Source of the DNA: a virus
IMG/VR virus record: IMGVR_UViG_3300038528_000023
Strand: one strand, 5' to 3'
Length of the DNA stretch: 34,856 nucleotides
Part shown: one piece after another, positions 32,809 through 34,856 of the stretch
Position numbering within the stretch: position 1 is the stretch's first letter
Layout of the letters: each line of letters begins with the position of its first letter
The notes under the pieces: model-generated
Seen by the model: only the letters and a program-made list of their open reading frames with translations
Told to the model about the DNA's origin: nothing
Databases searched by the model: none
Position numbers and translations under genes: made by a program

Positions 32809-34856
32809 TGTCTAAGAGCCTGGACCTTCAGGTCATCCTGGCAGCCCGCGACAAGGTCACCGGGCCGCTGAAGAAAATCAACGCATCATCCACCGGAACC
32901 GCCAAGGCCCTGAAAAAAAGCCAGCAGGAAATCAAGCAGCTGAAGGGTGCCCAGCGGGACGTTTCCTCGTTCCGTAAAATGGACCGCGCCATCAAGGACA
33001 ACGGCACCGCGCTGTCTGCCTCTCAGGAGAAGGTGCGGCAGCTGGGCCAGGAGCTCAAAAGCACCAGCAAGCCCACCGCGAAACTCCGCTCCGAATACAA
33101 CAAGGCCCGCAAGGAAGTTGAGCAGTTCACCCGTAAGGGTCAGGAGCAGAGGAAAGAGCTGGGCGCCGTTCGCAAGCGCCTGAAGGATGCCGGCATCAGC
33201 ACACGCAACCTGGCCGACGAAGAGCGCCGGCTGGCCGAGCGGATGAAGACCGCCAACGACCGCATTCAGCGCCAGAAACGACACCTGGAACAACTGGGCA
33301 AAGCCGACGTATCCGGCAAGTTCCGCAACATGACCGGCGAAGTCGGCAAGTTCGGGCGGCGTACAGCCATGCTGGGTGGTGCGGCCGCCGGTGGGATCTT
33401 CGCGGTGGCCAACTCAACGGCGACCTTGGGCGACAGCGTTGCAAAGACCGCCGACAAGATCGGTGTGGCCCTGGGGCCCTACCAGGAATTGCGCTACGCA
33501 GCAGAACGATCAGGCATATCCACGCAGAAGCTGGACAGCAACATGGTGGCCTTTACCAAGCGGCTGGGCGAAGCCAAGCAAGGTACTGGCGCGGCGCGCA
33601 AAGCATACGACCAGCTGGGCCTGTCATCGTCGCGGCTGGCCGAAATGACACCGGAAGACGCGCTGAACGTGGTGGCCGATCGGCTGGCTTCGGTGGACAG
33701 CCAAACCGAACGGGTGGCGCTGGCATCTCAGATGTTCAGCCGCGAAGGCGTTGGCATGGTCAACATGCTGAAAGACGGCAGCGGCGGCCTTAAGGAGCTG
33801 CGAAGGCAGGCGCAGGAAACCGGCTATGTGCTGAGCGATAAAGCCGCGCGGGATGCCGAGGTGTTCAAGGACTCGCTTCTGGACGCACAGCTAGGCTTGG
33901 CCGGCATGAAGAACACGATCGGTGCCGAGCTTATGCCCGCGATCAGCGACATGATGGGAGACCTGTCTGGCTGGATGAAAGAGAACCGGGACCACGTGAA
34001 AGCCTTCGCGAAGGATTTCGGGCAGCGACTCAAGGATGCCGTTCCGGTGCTTCGGGATATAGCGACGGGCGCTGCTTCTATGGCAGGCACTCTGGCGTCC
34101 ATAACCGGTGCTCTGGCTAAGGTGGTTGGTGGCTTCGATAACTTGGGCATGATCATCGCTTTCCTTTTCGCGATGAAGCCGGTCATGGCCATTCTGGCTT
34201 TCGGCAAGGCTATCTTTGCAGCCACAACCGCCGTTATAGGGCTGGCCGGTGGACTGCCCGCCGTGGCGGCTGGCGTTAAAGCAATCGGCGCCGCCCTGAC
34301 CGCCAACCCGATTGGCATCATCATTGCCGCCATCGGGGCGGCGGCCTACCTGATCTATAAGAACTGGGATGGCATAGCCAGCTGGTTCAAAGGGATCTGG
34401 GGTGAAGTGACTTCCGCCTTCGACGATGGCCTGGGCGGCATTGCCAAGCTCCTGGTGAACTGGTCGCCGATAGGCCTGCTCTACAAAGGCTTCTCCGCCC
34501 TTATGAGCTGGCTGGGCGTAGACATGCCAGCCAACCTTACCGGCGCCGGCGGCAAGATGATCGCTGGCCTGGTGTCGGGAATCCGCAACGCGGCCAGCGC
34601 TGTGGCTGGCGTCCTGTCCGGACTCTGGGGAAACATTAAAGGCGCGTTTAGCGACGGCATAGCCGGTGTCGGCAAGCTGATCCTCAACTGGTCGCCGCTG
34701 GGGCTTTTCTACAAAGCTTTCAAAGGCGTACTGGGCTGGTTCGGTGTAGACCTGCCCGAGAGCTTCACCGGCTTCGGAAAGCAGATTCTGGACGGACTGG
34801 TGGGCGGCATCATGGGCGGCCTGAACAAGGTAAAAGAAACCATCACCGGCGCCGGC
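32805..34856 (+). CDS. T: Tail tape measure protein, N-terminal part (runs off the window end and continues at nt 358)
   Basis: ATGATG start at 32805. No stop codon before the window end. Coiled-coil N-terminus, a hydrophobic central region (IIAFLFAMKPVMAILAFGKAIFAATTAVIGLAGG), then the repeat region. The joined product would be about 1001 aa. Confidence 0.85.
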   Translation, partial: MMSKSLDLQVILAARDKVTGPLKKINASSTGTAKALKKSQQEIKQLKGAQRDVSSFRKMDRAIKDNGTALSASQEKVRQLGQELKSTSKPTAKLRSEYNKARKEVEQFTRKGQEQRKELGAVRKRLKDAGISTRNLADEERRLAERMKTANDRIQRQKRHLEQLGKADVSGKFRNMTGEVGKFGRRTAMLGGAAAGGIFAVANSTATLGDSVAKTADKIGVALGPYQELRYAAERSGISTQKLDSNMVAFTKRLGEAKQGTGAARKAYDQLGLSSSRLAEMTPEDALNVVADRLASVDSQTERVALASQMFSREGVGMVNMLKDGSGGLKELRRQAQETGYVLSDKAARDAEVFKDSLLDAQLGLAGMKNTIGAELMPAISDMMGDLSGWMKENRDHVKAFAKDFGQRLKDAVPVLRDIATGAASMAGTLASITGALAKVVGGFDNLGMIIAFLFAMKPVMAILAFGKAIFAATTAVIGLAGGLPAVAAGVKAIGAALTANPIGIIIAAIGAAAYLIYKNWDGIASWFKGIWGEVTSAFDDGLGGIAKLLVNWSPIGLLYKGFSALMSWLGVDMPANLTGAGGKMIAGLVSGIRNAASAVAGVLSGLWGNIKGAFSDGIAGVGKLILNWSPLGLFYKAFKGVLGWFGVDLPESFTGFGKQILDGLVGGIMGGLNKVKETITGAG
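34425..34856 (+). repeat. Copy of nt 460-891 (and, for its last 357 nt, of nt 1-357)
   Basis: Identity was read directly. The track ORFs 34481..34687(-) and 516..722(-) also translate identically. Confidence 0.9.

Larger units (their letters stand above)
1..34856 (+). mobile_element. Complete circularly permuted P2-like temperate myophage genome, unique length about 34,499 bp
   Basis: The P2 gene order Q-P / O-N-M-L-X-lysis-R-S-V-W-J-I-fibre-FI-FII-E/E'-T-U-D is recognisable from translated ORFs. Nt 34500-34856 are identical to nt 1-357, and the tape measure ORF is in frame across that junction. Confidence 0.85.

Overview
The window is one complete, circularly permuted genome (about 34.5 kb unique) of a P2-like temperate myophage from a GC-rich proteobacterial background. 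The last 357 nt (34500-34856) repeat nt 1-357, and the tape measure ORF reads in frame across that junction. Almost the full P2 late gene order can be read from the translations: portal Q and terminase P on the minus strand. On the plus strand follow O, N, M, L, X, a lysis cassette, R, S, V, W, J, I, the tail fibre, FI, FII, E/E' (with the T6G -1 slippery site), T, U and D. The headline feature is a diversity-generating retroelement (DGR) inserted into the tail-fibre module. It consists of a 674-aa fibre protein whose C-terminal DUF1566/C-type-lectin-like end carries a 135-bp variable repeat (VR, 27740-27874). This is followed by an Avd-like four-helix-bundle gene, a 135-bp template repeat (TR, 28436-28570) full of AAC codons, and a DGR-type reverse transcriptase (IGNLSSQ, YVDD). 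VR and TR differ at 13 positions, 12 of them at TR adenines. The early/lysogeny region is atypical for P2. It has a CI-type HTH+S24 repressor co-transcribed with a WYL-like/BRCT protein, four consecutive small RHH-like regulators, and a tandem (P4 delta-like) double Ogr zinc-finger activator. It also has a 902-aa Zn-finger/Toprim/P-loop primase-helicase in place of P2 gpA. No integrase, transposase or partition gene is present. An AT-rich 260-bp array of TGTTACAC iterons lies next to the probable cos region, and a TTACAC core also occurs in the palindromic operator at the immunity switch. Four TTGT-N13-ACAA dyads sit exactly where P2 has its Ogr-dependent late promoters. The tape measure gene carries a perfect 534-bp-period in-frame duplication. 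All calls come from reading the sequence and the ORF track by eye; no database search was run.
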